Origin: a virus
Strand: one strand, 5' to 3'
Length of the DNA: 64,000 bases
IMG/VR virus record: IMGVR_UViG_3300006947_000003
Span: 58,451 to 122,450 of that record
A program made the position numbers and the translations under genes. The notes beneath the pieces were generated by a model, which saw only the letters and a list, made by a program, of their open reading frames with translations, was not told where the DNA came from and made no database searches. Each line of letters begins with the position of its first letter. Position 1 is the stretch's first letter. Positions 48,927 through 58,653 of this stretch are shown piece by piece.

Positions 48927-49274
48927 ATGATAAAAATAATGATATGTGTTTTTATGCTTTTCGCAACATCAGTAAAAGCAGAGGCTATAGGTGACTCCTC
49001 TTTTTATGTCACAGTAGAAAACGGAATGGAAAGTGATCTTAATTACGGTTATTTTGGGTCTAGTACACCGGTACTAGATGGATTTATGTCAGTTAATCAT
49101 TCGGCAACTTGGCAATTATTTAAGAACGAAGGCGAATGGCAAGAGTTTTCTAGTCAAACATTAGGTGTTAGTAAAGTGTTTGGAGACTCTGGCTTTAGTG
49201 GGTATGTCAGTAATACATTAACAAATACATTTGCTAGAACAGAAACTTGGGTAGGAGTAACATACGCATGGTAG
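48927..49274 (+). CDS. Exported protein, small outer-membrane beta-barrel-like
   Basis: Signal peptide ending VKA-EA; alternating beta strands; C-terminal WVGVTYAW aromatic signature. Confidence 0.5.
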   Translation: MIKIMICVFMLFATSVKAEAIGDSSFYVTVENGMESDLNYGYFGSSTPVLDGFMSVNHSATWQLFKNEGEWQEFSSQTLGVSKVFGDSGFSGYVSNTLTNTFARTETWVGVTYAW

Positions 49275-49756
49275 AGAAGATACTTTGGATTTTAGGCTTT
49301 GCTTGTTTGCTTGGGTTGAGTAGAATAATACCACATCCACCGAACTTTACTCCTATACTAGCAGTAGCAATATTTGTTCCTTTAATAATGAAGAATAAAT
49401 TAGTAGCAATACCTGTAACATTAGGTGCTATGTTAATTGGCGATTTATATTGGGGTTTCCATAGCATGATGTTTTGGACTTATGGTGCTGTAATATTAGC
49501 GACTCAATTAAGGTACAGAAATGTGTTTGGTAATGCTGTTTTGGCTAGTATAATATTCTTTATAGTTACAAATTTTGCTGTATGGGCCATGTATGATATG
49601 TATCCTAAAACGTTAGATGGTTTAATATTATGTTATACTATGGCAATACCATTTTTCCAGAATACTTTATTAGGTACATTATTTTATACTAGTGTATTTT
49701 GGTTAATAAGATTAATTGTTTCAAAACGATTAACAAAGTCTTGGATATCATTATGA
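49268..49756 (+). CDS. Integral membrane protein, DUF6580 / ECF S-component-like
   Basis: SRIIPHPPNFTPILAVAIF, SIIFFIVTNFAVW, CYTMAIPFFQNTLLG; about 5-6 hydrophobic segments. Confidence 0.65.
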   Translation: MVEKILWILGFACLLGLSRIIPHPPNFTPILAVAIFVPLIMKNKLVAIPVTLGAMLIGDLYWGFHSMMFWTYGAVILATQLRYRNVFGNAVLASIIFFIVTNFAVWAMYDMYPKTLDGLILCYTMAIPFFQNTLLGTLFYTSVFWLIRLIVSKRLTKSWISL

Positions 49757-50427
49757 TTATAGGTGTATGTGGGTTAATAGGCAACGGTAAAGGCACCGTT
49801 GCTGACTACTTAGTAGACAAACATAACTTTATAAAATTAAGTTTCGCCGACAGATTAAAGGATGGCGTATCAACTCTGTTTGGCTGGGATAGGGCATTGC
49901 TTGAAGGTGATACAGTTGAATCAAGAGAGTTTAGAGAAGAAATTGATGAGTATTGGTCCACTGAAACAGGTAAAGAAATAACACCTAGAACTGTATTACA
50001 ACTATACGGAACTGAATGTTTAAGACGTGGATTTTATGACGGCATTTGGGTTAGTTTAGTTAAACAACAGATATTAGAAAACCCAGATAAAAATTTTGTA
50101 ATACCTGACTGTAGATTCTTTAATGAACTTGAAATGGTTAAAGGGCTTAAAGGCTTTACATGGGAAGTGTGGAGAGAAAAAGAACCAGAGTATTGGGGAA
50201 TGGCAGGCAAACTTAATAACCTACATACTAATCCACCAGAAGATAATCCAGTAGCAAGAGCACATCCAGATGTACACCGTAGTGAATGGCGATGGGCAGG
50301 CTGGGATTTTGATGTGTTACTTACAAATAATGATACAGTTGAAACACTACAATACTCTATAGATCAGGTGTTAGATCACCAGCAATCTTATTCCACCCGA
50401 TCCGACCAAGAATCACTTTACAGTTAA
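49753..50427 (+). CDS. gp1: Deoxynucleoside monophosphate kinase
   Basis: MIIGVCGLIGNGKGTVA, SFADRLKD, TPRTVLQLYGTE, DCRFFNE, HRSE; ATGA overlap with the previous gene. Confidence 0.9.
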   Translation: MIIGVCGLIGNGKGTVADYLVDKHNFIKLSFADRLKDGVSTLFGWDRALLEGDTVESREFREEIDEYWSTETGKEITPRTVLQLYGTECLRRGFYDGIWVSLVKQQILENPDKNFVIPDCRFFNELEMVKGLKGFTWEVWREKEPEYWGMAGKLNNLHTNPPEDNPVARAHPDVHRSEWRWAGWDFDVLLTNNDTVETLQYSIDQVLDHQQSYSTRSDQESLYS

Positions 50428-50689
50428 GGCAAACGGTTTTAAGGTTTGTTATCCTAGTATTATCTTTATTCCCATCTAAATAATAAATTAAAAAACTTTC
50501 AGGATATCTGCTTTGATGCCCGCAATGATCACAAGTACTTTGCTTTTGATATCCGTGTACTTTGAACAAATTTGGCTTTTTATTTTGTCGTATACAGCTA
50601 TCACAAAACCTACGATAGTAAGTTTTTCCTTTTCTGTTGTAATTAATTGCCGCTGGAGCATTACATGATATACATACTGGCCTAGTCAT
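50357..50689 (-). CDS. HNH-like zinc-binding protein
   Basis: CxxC x4; DGNKDNTRITNLKTVCLNC; TATAAATA at 50695-50702. Confidence 0.65.
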   Translation of the reverse strand: MTRPVCISCNAPAAINYNRKGKTYYRRFCDSCIRQNKKPNLFKVHGYQKQSTCDHCGHQSRYPESFLIYYLDGNKDNTRITNLKTVCLNCKVILGRIGWNKIAGDLTPDL

Positions 50690-50806
50690 ACTAGTATTTA
50701 TACGGCGGTGCCCTTTATAAAGGTGTCTAGTTTAGGCGGTTTTTAAATGAAATCGCTAAATACAATGTATAATAATATAAACTTTTTTAACTGAGGACAA
50801 AATAAA

Positions 50807-53800
50807 ATGGCACTTATATCACCGGGTATAGACGTTACAATATCAGACGAATCACAGTACGCTCCAACGGCGGCTGGAACGATCCCTTTTATTGTTGTCG
50901 CAACAGCCCAAGACAAAACTAGTGGTACTAGCACCGCAACAGCGGCAGGCACAACCAAAGCAACAGCAAATAAAACATATTTAATTGGTTCACAACGAGA
51001 GTTAGTAACAACTTACGGCGAACCAAACTTTTACAAAAATACAAGTGGTACAGCACTTCACGGTAGTGAAGTTAATGAGTACGGACTTATGTCAGCTTAT
51101 AGTGTACTAGGTATTAGTAATAGAGCATATGTATTAAGAGCAGACGTAAATCTAAGCGAAATGATTACTAAGTCAGGAAGGCCAACAGGCGCACCTGCAA
51201 CAGGCACACAGTGGTTTGATGTTAGTAAGACATTATTCGGTGTTCATGTATGGAACGAATCTACACAATTATTTACTAACGTAGTACCTAGTGTAATTAC
51301 TGATACTAATGATGTATCGGGTTCACCTGCTACCCCTAAGACTTCTTACGGTACAGTAGGAACTTATGCGATTATGGCCACCGGAACATCAAATAAACTC
51401 TTTTACAAAAATAGAGATAATACATGGGTACAAACTGGAACACTAGCATGGCAAATAGCACATCCGACATTGTCAGGATCTGTTAGTTCAGCAACAATAT
51501 CAGCAAGTGATACTGTTGTAATTAATTCTACTACAGTTACAGCTTCGGGCACTACAGTAAGTTCATTAGCGGCTGATATTAATACAGCGGCAGTGACAGG
51601 TGTTACAGCGGCAGTTGTTAACAATAAATTAGAACTTTACGCTAATACATCTGCTACAAATCATGCAATAGTTATAGCGGATGGATCGGGACACACGATA
51701 CTAGCTGACGTTGGCATGACTGCTGGCACTTATTATTGTCCTAAATTTGATGTACAGGCACACACAACTATTCCAGAATGGAAAACAGCAGATACTGTTA
51801 CAAGACCAACTGGATCTGTTTGGATTAAGTCAACTACACCTAATAAAGGTGCTAGTTTTAGTCTTAAAACTTATAACGTTACTACTAAATTGTTTGAAGC
51901 AAACGCGGCTAATTTGTATAACAACGATGAATCAGCAAACTTTGCCTTAGATGCATCAGGTGGCGGTGTAAATATTGCGGCTGATACTTTATATGTTAGA
52001 TACGATGTTGAAGATAACAGTAGAGGTAGTTACAAGTTCTTTAAAAGGCTTGTTAAGGGTGCTACTACTGTAACAGGTACAGCAAGTCCAACACTTACAG
52101 CAAGTGATGCATTTACAATTCAAATGTCAGATAAGACAGCAACGTTAACATCAGCAGTGACAGTTACAATGAGTGGTGCTACTGCTTCAACTTTTGTTAC
52201 TGATTTAACAGCAAAAAATATTACTAACTTAACGGTATCAAGAGATACTACTACAAATGCTATTACATTAACACATGATTTAGGTGGTAAGATTGTACTT
52301 AAAGACGGTACAGGAACACCAATAGCAGATATTGGTATTACTTCAGCATTAACTACAGCAAGAGCAGGCAACGCCTCAGATATTATTATATCTAACTGGC
52401 AGGCTTACACTTATTCAGCTAGTATTACACAACCTACAGCTGATCCAGTTGCAGGTACTAACTGGTTCAATGCCGCAGTTTCTGATGTAGATATTATGAT
52501 ACACGACGGAACTAGCACTTGGAAAGCATATCAAAATGTGTCAAGTGATGCTAGGGGATATAACTTATCAAATACTTCACCAAATGGTCCTATTGTTTCG
52601 GCAACAGCACCAACTTTACAGTCTGATTCAACAGCACTAGTACACGGTGATTTATGGGTTGATAGTTCAGCACCAGATACTTTTAAAATCTCAAGATGGC
52701 AAAGTGTTGCATCTGTAGATAAATGGGTTGCTATTGATACAACAGACCAAACTACAGAAGCAGGCATTGTGTTTGCTGACTTTAGATTCCATGATAGTGC
52801 TACTGATGATGTGACAACGTCGTCAATGACAACTGTTAAAACTTTGTTAACAAGTAACTATGTGGATATTGATGCTCCAAAGGCAACTTTGTATCCAAGA
52901 GGTATGTTAGCATTTAACTTAAGACGTAGTTCGAACAACGTTAAAGAGTACAAAAAAGCATATTTTAATGCTACTGATTATCCAGATTCTGTACTCCCTA
53001 CAGAAACAAATGCTTGGGTAACTGTTTCTGGATTACAAAATGATGGTTCTCCTTATGTAGGTAGACATGCTCAACGTAACACTATTGTATCATCGATGAA
53101 ATCAGCAGTTTCTAAGTCGGATGAGATTCGTGAAGAACAGCGTAACTTTAACTTATTAGTTGCTCCTGGATATCCTGAGCTTATGCAGAACTTAGTTGCT
53201 CTTAATAACGAAAGACGTAACACAGGTTTTGTTCTTGGAGATGCTCCAATGAGACTAGCACCAAATAGTACAGACGTACAAAATTGGGCTAAGAACACTA
53301 AACTAGCACTTGACAACAATGACAATGGTTTGGTTACAGCAGATACTTATTTAGGTGTGTTTTATCCATCGGGTAAAACTACAGACTTAGATGGAAACTC
53401 TATTGTTGTTCCACCAACACACATGGCATTAAGAACAGTTTTACGTTCAGATGACGCTAGTTATCCTTGGTTTGCTCCAGCAGGTACAAGACGAGGTGGC
53501 GTAGATAATGCTACAGCGTTAGGACACATAGATAGTGCTACTGGTGAATTCCAAACTACTGGTATTAGAGAATCGTTGAGAGATACTCTATATGAGAACA
53601 AGATTAATCCAATTACGTTTATTCCGGGAACTGGTATACTTAACTTTGGTAACAAAACAAGACATGCTTCTGCTAGTGCTTTAGATAGAATTAACGTAGC
53701 AAGACTTGTAGCGTATATTAGAGAAAGACTAGGCGAAATCACAAAACCATATGTATTTGAACCAAACGACAAATTAACTAGAGATGATGTTAAGGGTGTT

Positions 53801-53992
53801 GTAGAGTCATTAATGAATGACTTAGTTGCTAAACGTGGTTTATATGACTACTTGGTAGTATGTGATGAAACAAACAACACAACATCTAGGATAGACAGAA
53901 ATGAACTATATATAGATGTTGCGATTGAACCAGTTAAGGCAGTTGAGTTTATTTACATTCCGGTTAGAATCCAGAACACAGGATCTATTTAA
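50807..53992 (+). CDS. gp18: Tail sheath protein (1061 aa, with large insertions)
   Basis: LISPGIDVTISDES, PWFAPAGTRRG, RDTLYENKINPI, SALDRINVARL, VFEPND, IEPVKAVEFIYIP. Confidence 0.95.
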   Translation: MALISPGIDVTISDESQYAPTAAGTIPFIVVATAQDKTSGTSTATAAGTTKATANKTYLIGSQRELVTTYGEPNFYKNTSGTALHGSEVNEYGLMSAYSVLGISNRAYVLRADVNLSEMITKSGRPTGAPATGTQWFDVSKTLFGVHVWNESTQLFTNVVPSVITDTNDVSGSPATPKTSYGTVGTYAIMATGTSNKLFYKNRDNTWVQTGTLAWQIAHPTLSGSVSSATISASDTVVINSTTVTASGTTVSSLAADINTAAVTGVTAAVVNNKLELYANTSATNHAIVIADGSGHTILADVGMTAGTYYCPKFDVQAHTTIPEWKTADTVTRPTGSVWIKSTTPNKGASFSLKTYNVTTKLFEANAANLYNNDESANFALDASGGGVNIAADTLYVRYDVEDNSRGSYKFFKRLVKGATTVTGTASPTLTASDAFTIQMSDKTATLTSAVTVTMSGATASTFVTDLTAKNITNLTVSRDTTTNAITLTHDLGGKIVLKDGTGTPIADIGITSALTTARAGNASDIIISNWQAYTYSASITQPTADPVAGTNWFNAAVSDVDIMIHDGTSTWKAYQNVSSDARGYNLSNTSPNGPIVSATAPTLQSDSTALVHGDLWVDSSAPDTFKISRWQSVASVDKWVAIDTTDQTTEAGIVFADFRFHDSATDDVTTSSMTTVKTLLTSNYVDIDAPKATLYPRGMLAFNLRRSSNNVKEYKKAYFNATDYPDSVLPTETNAWVTVSGLQNDGSPYVGRHAQRNTIVSSMKSAVSKSDEIREEQRNFNLLVAPGYPELMQNLVALNNERRNTGFVLGDAPMRLAPNSTDVQNWAKNTKLALDNNDNGLVTADTYLGVFYPSGKTTDLDGNSIVVPPTHMALRTVLRSDDASYPWFAPAGTRRGGVDNATALGHIDSATGEFQTTGIRESLRDTLYENKINPITFIPGTGILNFGNKTRHASASALDRINVARLVAYIRERLGEITKPYVFEPNDKLTRDDVKGVVESLMNDLVAKRGLYDYLVVCDETNNTTSRIDRNELYIDVAIEPVKAVEFIYIPVRIQNTGSI

Positions 53993-54019
53993 CAGCATTA
54001 AGTAATTAAATCATTTAAG

Positions 54020-54046
54020 TAGGGCGGTAAAACGCCCTATTTTTTT
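54020..54046 (+). terminator. Rho-independent terminator after gp18
   Basis: TAGGGCG-GTAAAA-CGCCCTA-T7. Confidence 0.85.
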
Positions 54047-54127
54047 GGTCAGCTATTAGGATAAATAATATTGTAATAATAATATAGAAGATTTTCTATA
54101 TTACAGAAATTTAAAGGAGTACACATT

Positions 54128-54745
54128 ATGGCAATATCGTCATTAAGTAAGTTTACAGTTCCAACAGGAACAGGGGTTTCCGGCACTTCGTCGCAAGGCT
54201 TGTTAATGCCGAAATTAAAATATCGCTTTAGAGTGAGCTTTGAAATGTTTGGAACACCAGGAAGTTCTAAAGTAGAACTTACAAAACAAATTATGGATAT
54301 AACACGTCCAAGTGTTAACTTTGAGCAAATTCCAATTGATGTTTATAACTCAAAAATTAACGTAATCGGAAAACACACATGGGATCCGATCTCTGTTAAT
54401 ATAAGAGATGATGTTAATAACTCAGTATCTAAACTAATTGGGCAACAGGTTCAAAGACAATTTGATTTTATGGAACAAGCGTCAGCACATGCTGGTGTTG
54501 ATTATAAATTCAGAACACGTTTAGAAATACTAGACGGTGGTAACGGTTCGCAAAATCTAGCTTCATTAGAAGAATGGGAAGTTGTAGGTTGTTATATTGA
54601 AAACGTTAATTATAACGACTTGAACTATGCTTCTTCGGAACCTGCTAGTATTACATTGTCAATTAGATTTGATAATGCGGTACAAACTTCAGTTACTCCA
54701 GGCGGAACATCAAACCACACAAGCGGTAAAAACGGCGCAAATTAA
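54128..54745 (+). CDS. gp19: Tail tube protein
   Basis: MPKLKYRFRV, GKHTWDPI..IRDD, ITLSIRFDNA; follows the sheath gene. Confidence 0.85.
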   Translation: MAISSLSKFTVPTGTGVSGTSSQGLLMPKLKYRFRVSFEMFGTPGSSKVELTKQIMDITRPSVNFEQIPIDVYNSKINVIGKHTWDPISVNIRDDVNNSVSKLIGQQVQRQFDFMEQASAHAGVDYKFRTRLEILDGGNGSQNLASLEEWEVVGCYIENVNYNDLNYASSEPASITLSIRFDNAVQTSVTPGGTSNHTSGKNGAN

Positions 54746-54772
54746 TTTTTTAATTTAGGAGGATCGAGTTAA

Positions 54773-55849
54773 ATGTCAAAACATTTATTAGATTACCAAC
54801 ATGCCGCTAGAACGTTTGTTGATGGTGATTTTAGGTTAGCACCAAAACAGAAATTTTTATTTTATGTTGTGTTTAACTTTTCTCCAACAGCACTTAAAAA
54901 ACTCGCAAAAATGCCTAGGGGCGACGAAATACGACGAGAATCAAGTATGTTAGTGAAAGCTATGGAATTGCCAACGTACACATTTGATACAACTATGATG
55001 AACCAGTATAATCGCTGGAGAGCTGTACAGACAAAAATAAATTATCAACCAGTCCAACTACGTTTCCATGACGATATGTCGGATGTTTCAAAACGGTTGT
55101 GGTATGCTTATTTAGATTACTACTATGAAGATCAGAAAAACGGCACAACCTCTAGTTATACAGTAACTCGTGATACATATACTGAACGTAAAGATACTGG
55201 CAAGTGGGGCATGGCTCGACCGAATACTGATTCATTTTTTAAGAGTATTCAATTGTACAGTATATATGGAAAAAAACAGTTCTCAGAATACACCTTAGTT
55301 AATCCTATACTTACTCAATTCCAGCATGATTCACATGACCACAGTCAAAGTGATGTGTTAGAGAATTCAATGCAGATTCAATATGAAACTGTAAAATATG
55401 CTCAAGGCACAATGACATCTTCTAGCAATGACGGTGTAACTGCAGGACCTACAGGATTTGGTGATTTACATTACGATAAAACAACATCACCTGACCATAT
55501 AGGTAATCCTGTTCTTGACGACAAAAGTTCTTGGGAAGATCTAGGCAATCTCAAAGAAGATAGAATGAACATCCAAAACCGCAGTATATTAAAAGAAGTT
55601 AGTAATAGCTCATGGGCTAACGAACATGAGGAATGGCAACGGCCTCCTAAGTATTATCGAGATGGATACTCTCCGTCAAATGCTAAATTAGTAGGAGAAG
55701 AAGTAGCAAAAGCAAAATTGAATCAGCAACAACATTCGTTTCCAGATGCTAAAAATACCGCTGATAAGCGTATGGATAAAGTTGTAGTCAAGTCTGAAAC
55801 AGTTGGCGACACCCAATCTTATAATATGGGTGATATTCAGGAAAACTAA
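54773..55849 (+). CDS. Tail tube-like protein (gp19 paralogue)
   Basis: APKQKFLFYVVF, ELPTYTF..NQYNR..QTKINYQPVQLRFHDD, QYETVKY. Confidence 0.6.
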   Translation: MSKHLLDYQHAARTFVDGDFRLAPKQKFLFYVVFNFSPTALKKLAKMPRGDEIRRESSMLVKAMELPTYTFDTTMMNQYNRWRAVQTKINYQPVQLRFHDDMSDVSKRLWYAYLDYYYEDQKNGTTSSYTVTRDTYTERKDTGKWGMARPNTDSFFKSIQLYSIYGKKQFSEYTLVNPILTQFQHDSHDHSQSDVLENSMQIQYETVKYAQGTMTSSSNDGVTAGPTGFGDLHYDKTTSPDHIGNPVLDDKSSWEDLGNLKEDRMNIQNRSILKEVSNSSWANEHEEWQRPPKYYRDGYSPSNAKLVGEEVAKAKLNQQQHSFPDAKNTADKRMDKVVVKSETVGDTQSYNMGDIQEN

Positions 55850-55850
55850 A

Positions 55851-56237
55851 ATGTCACAAAATTTATACAGCTCAAGCAACATAGGTCAATCAACTCCAGA
55901 TAATGAATTAGATACTAGGCAATTCTTTAACGGGCATTTTGTTCAAAGTGTTGAAATTAACTCTAGTGAGCACCAAGCGGTAAAATCTTTCTTCTTAGGA
56001 AAAACAAACGGCAACGATGAGATATCAAATACGTTAACAGATACATTGTTCGAAATAGGTGCCAGCCAGAATATTAAAGTAATGGAGCTCGTCGATAGAC
56101 TACGATCAGACACAATAGACGATCTTCAATTAACACTAATAACACTGATTAATGGAGAAAGAAAGAAAACAAGTATGTTAGGCTTTGCTAATACAAGAAC
56201 ACCAAATCCGTCAGTATCGAGGAATGTAATTGAATGA
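55851..56237 (+). CDS. Hypothetical protein
   Basis: Operon-linked ORF; ATG 55851 follows the previous stop. Confidence 0.5.
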   Translation: MSQNLYSSSNIGQSTPDNELDTRQFFNGHFVQSVEINSSEHQAVKSFFLGKTNGNDEISNTLTDTLFEIGASQNIKVMELVDRLRSDTIDDLQLTLITLINGERKKTSMLGFANTRTPNPSVSRNVIE

Positions 56238-56680
56238 TAGGCAAGGGAGTTGCCCGCGGTCGATATACAGTTAAAAATCCAGACAAATACGCAGGCGCAA
56301 GGACACCAATATATAGATCGAGTTGGGAACAGGTTTTTATGACCTTCTGCGATAACAATCCTGGTGTAATAAGTTGGGCTAGTGAAGCCATAAGAATTCC
56401 TTATAGAAATCCATTAACTGGAAAAAAAAGCACATATGTTCCGGACTTCTTTGTTCAGTATCAAGACAAAGATGGGAATAGACGATCAGAAGTCGTAGAG
56501 ATTAAGCCTAGTAACCAATCTACAATGGAAGGTGCTGGCAAAAGCAAAAACAGACAATTAGCTGTAGTACAAAATATGGCTAAATGGGAAGCCGCAACAG
56601 CTTGGTGTAAATCAAAAGGCCTAAGATTTAGGGTCGTTACAGAAAACGATTTATTCCATCAAGGAAAACGCCGAGGCTAA
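56234..56680 (+). CDS. gp4: Head completion nuclease (TnsA-like)
   Basis: KNPDKY..IYRSSWE..WASE..IPY..YVPDF..EIKP..AKWEAA..FRVVTE. Confidence 0.9.
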   Translation: MIGKGVARGRYTVKNPDKYAGARTPIYRSSWEQVFMTFCDNNPGVISWASEAIRIPYRNPLTGKKSTYVPDFFVQYQDKDGNRRSEVVEIKPSNQSTMEGAGKSKNRQLAVVQNMAKWEAATAWCKSKGLRFRVVTENDLFHQGKRRG

Positions 56681-56707
56681 ATACCGTATACACTAAGGCA
56701 ACTTATC

Positions 56708-57208
56708 ATGACAAAAAAATTAGAAGAATTATTAAATATGTCATCAATTGATGACGGTAGCACAGACAATCTACCTGAAGAAATAGAGCCAGCACAAGCA
56801 ATTGAGGTTGTAAGCCGAGTAGAAAAATCTCTCAGAGATGTTGACGATATAGAAACAGCATTAGAAGGTGTTACTAATCTTACAGCAAATGATAAAGAGA
56901 TGGATGATATTGCTAATAAGGCAGAGGATACATTTGATAATTTAATGGATTTGGGAATGAATGTAGAAGCTAGATTTAGTGGACAAATATTTGATACTGC
57001 TAGTAAGATGTTAACTATCACACTTAATGCTAAACAGGCTAAGATAGATAAAAAGCTAAAAATGGTAGAATTACAGCTTCGTAAGAAGGCACTTGATGCC
57101 CGAATTGATAGAGACATGGGCAAACTAGACGGTGTAGAAAACGGTGAAGCAACTGTGCTAAGTCGCAACGAATTGCTTGATAGAATTCTTAATAAAGATA
57201 ATAAATAG
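56708..57208 (+). CDS. Probable terminase small subunit (gp16-like)
   Basis: Helical protein near gp17; MTKKLEELL, LMDLGMNVEAR, SRNELL. Confidence 0.5.
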   Translation: MTKKLEELLNMSSIDDGSTDNLPEEIEPAQAIEVVSRVEKSLRDVDDIETALEGVTNLTANDKEMDDIANKAEDTFDNLMDLGMNVEARFSGQIFDTASKMLTITLNAKQAKIDKKLKMVELQLRKKALDARIDRDMGKLDGVENGEATVLSRNELLDRILNKDNK

Positions 57209-57234
57209 TTATATATAATACAATGGAGAGTAAA

Positions 57235-57786
57235 ATGAAATTTTTCAATGAATACTTAGCAGAGTCACTAAAGGAATATAAGTTCAAAGTGAAACTGGCC
57301 ATGAAAGCAGAGCCGGAATTAATGGATGTTATAGAACGGGTGCTAGGTAAATATGATGTTAAGGATATTACATCTCCTAAACAAACACCAATTCAAGAAC
57401 ATCCTATGGACTTTCAAAATCTTCGCAACAGCGAAGTAACAATTTTTGAAATTACATTAACATACCCAAGTACACCACAAATTGTACATTCTGATTTAGT
57501 AAACTTAGCAGGCATTCCGGGCAATCACGTAGTTGTTATTAACAGTGATCATCCAGAAGAAGTTGCTAGAGAAGAATCAGTAAAAACACAAGGTGATGAA
57601 TACGTAGCAAATCTTGGATCAGACTACGCTTCGGGCGAAGCACCTGCAGAATCTAAATTAGGTTTCTTTAAAGAACTACAAAAAGAAACACCTGAAATAG
57701 ATATAGCAGGAGGCAAAACAGAAAAAGCAAAAACAACTAGTGATTTGCCACAAGGTACAACATCACCAGTGGCAGGGAGAACATAA
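57235..57786 (+). CDS. Hypothetical head protein with a capsid-targeting-like N-terminus
   Basis: MKFFNEYLAES resembles the T4 capsid-targeting sequence MKTYQEFIAE; GGAG RBS before ATG 57235. Confidence 0.5.
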   Translation: MKFFNEYLAESLKEYKFKVKLAMKAEPELMDVIERVLGKYDVKDITSPKQTPIQEHPMDFQNLRNSEVTIFEITLTYPSTPQIVHSDLVNLAGIPGNHVVVINSDHPEEVAREESVKTQGDEYVANLGSDYASGEAPAESKLGFFKELQKETPEIDIAGGKTEKAKTTSDLPQGTTSPVAGRT

Positions 57787-58583
57787 TGGAAGATAATAAA
57801 TTAATAGACTTACATAAGGTTGCGAAGCTTTTTAGAGAAATCCAAACAGAGGATTTTAATAAAGTCGAAGCAAAAGAACAATCAGAATTTAAAAAAACAA
57901 TTGAAGCAATTGATTCAGCAGTAGACGAAGCAGTTGAAGAAGAAGTAACAGAAGAATTAACAGCTGCACAGAAAAAATTGCCAGCTGGCTTACGTGATGC
58001 TATTGCTAAAAAGAAAGGTGATTCAGCAGATGATGAAGAAGTTGAAGAAGTTGAAGAAAACATTAATAAAAACGAATCAGTAACTGAATATGAAGAAGTT
58101 GATGAAGAAGTTTCAGATACTACTTTATCAGACATTTTAAAAGCGGCAGGCGTAAAAGTTGTAACAGACGCAGATTTAAATCAAGCAGAAGCACAGCCAG
58201 TTGAAGAAGAAGATACAGAAGAAGCAATGATTCAGCCAGAGATGGAAGAAGCATGTGAAGAATGCAGTGAAACGCCTTGTGTTTGTTCAGTTGAAGAAGA
58301 AGCAGTATCTGAAGAGCCAGAAATGGTTTCTATAGATGCTAATACACTACAGCAAATTTTAAATCTAGCAGGCGTAAAACCTGTAACAGATGCTGATATC
58401 AATCAACCAGAGCCAGTTGAAGAATATTCCAACTCACCAGACGAAGAATATGCTGATACTGATACTCAACTTAATAAAATGTCAGGTGGTCCTAACAGAC
58501 CTAAAGTTATGCCAGCAGTAGGCAATGACGGCCATAACAAATTAGTTATGAAACTGAAAAAAGCATACAGTGACATAGAGTAA
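57786..58583 (+). CDS. Acidic probable prohead core/internal protein with an internal repeat
   Basis: Glu-rich; LSDILKAAGVKVVTDADLNQ and LQQILNLAGVKPVTDADINQ. Confidence 0.5.
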   Translation: MEDNKLIDLHKVAKLFREIQTEDFNKVEAKEQSEFKKTIEAIDSAVDEAVEEEVTEELTAAQKKLPAGLRDAIAKKKGDSADDEEVEEVEENINKNESVTEYEEVDEEVSDTTLSDILKAAGVKVVTDADLNQAEAQPVEEEDTEEAMIQPEMEEACEECSETPCVCSVEEEAVSEEPEMVSIDANTLQQILNLAGVKPVTDADINQPEPVEEYSNSPDEEYADTDTQLNKMSGGPNRPKVMPAVGNDGHNKLVMKLKKAYSDIE

Positions 58584-58606
58584 TAGTTTTCCAGACTATA
58601 CATAAC

Positions 58607-58636
58607 AAAGCCAGGTATATTACAACCTGGCTTTTT
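58607..58636 (+). terminator. Rho-independent terminator
   Basis: AAAGCCAGGT-ATATTACA-ACCTGGCTTTTT. Confidence 0.8.
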
Positions 58637-58653
58637 CTTGAGTAAATACATAT

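Noticed and set aside
50357-50689. Mobile homing endonuclease
   Set aside because: Short, the usual catalytic His position reads YY, it interrupts no gene and has a normal late promoter.
56234-56680. Tn7-like transposon because of the TnsA-like fold
   Set aside because: This is the standard T4 gp4 head-completion protein; no tnsB/tnsC or terminal repeats.
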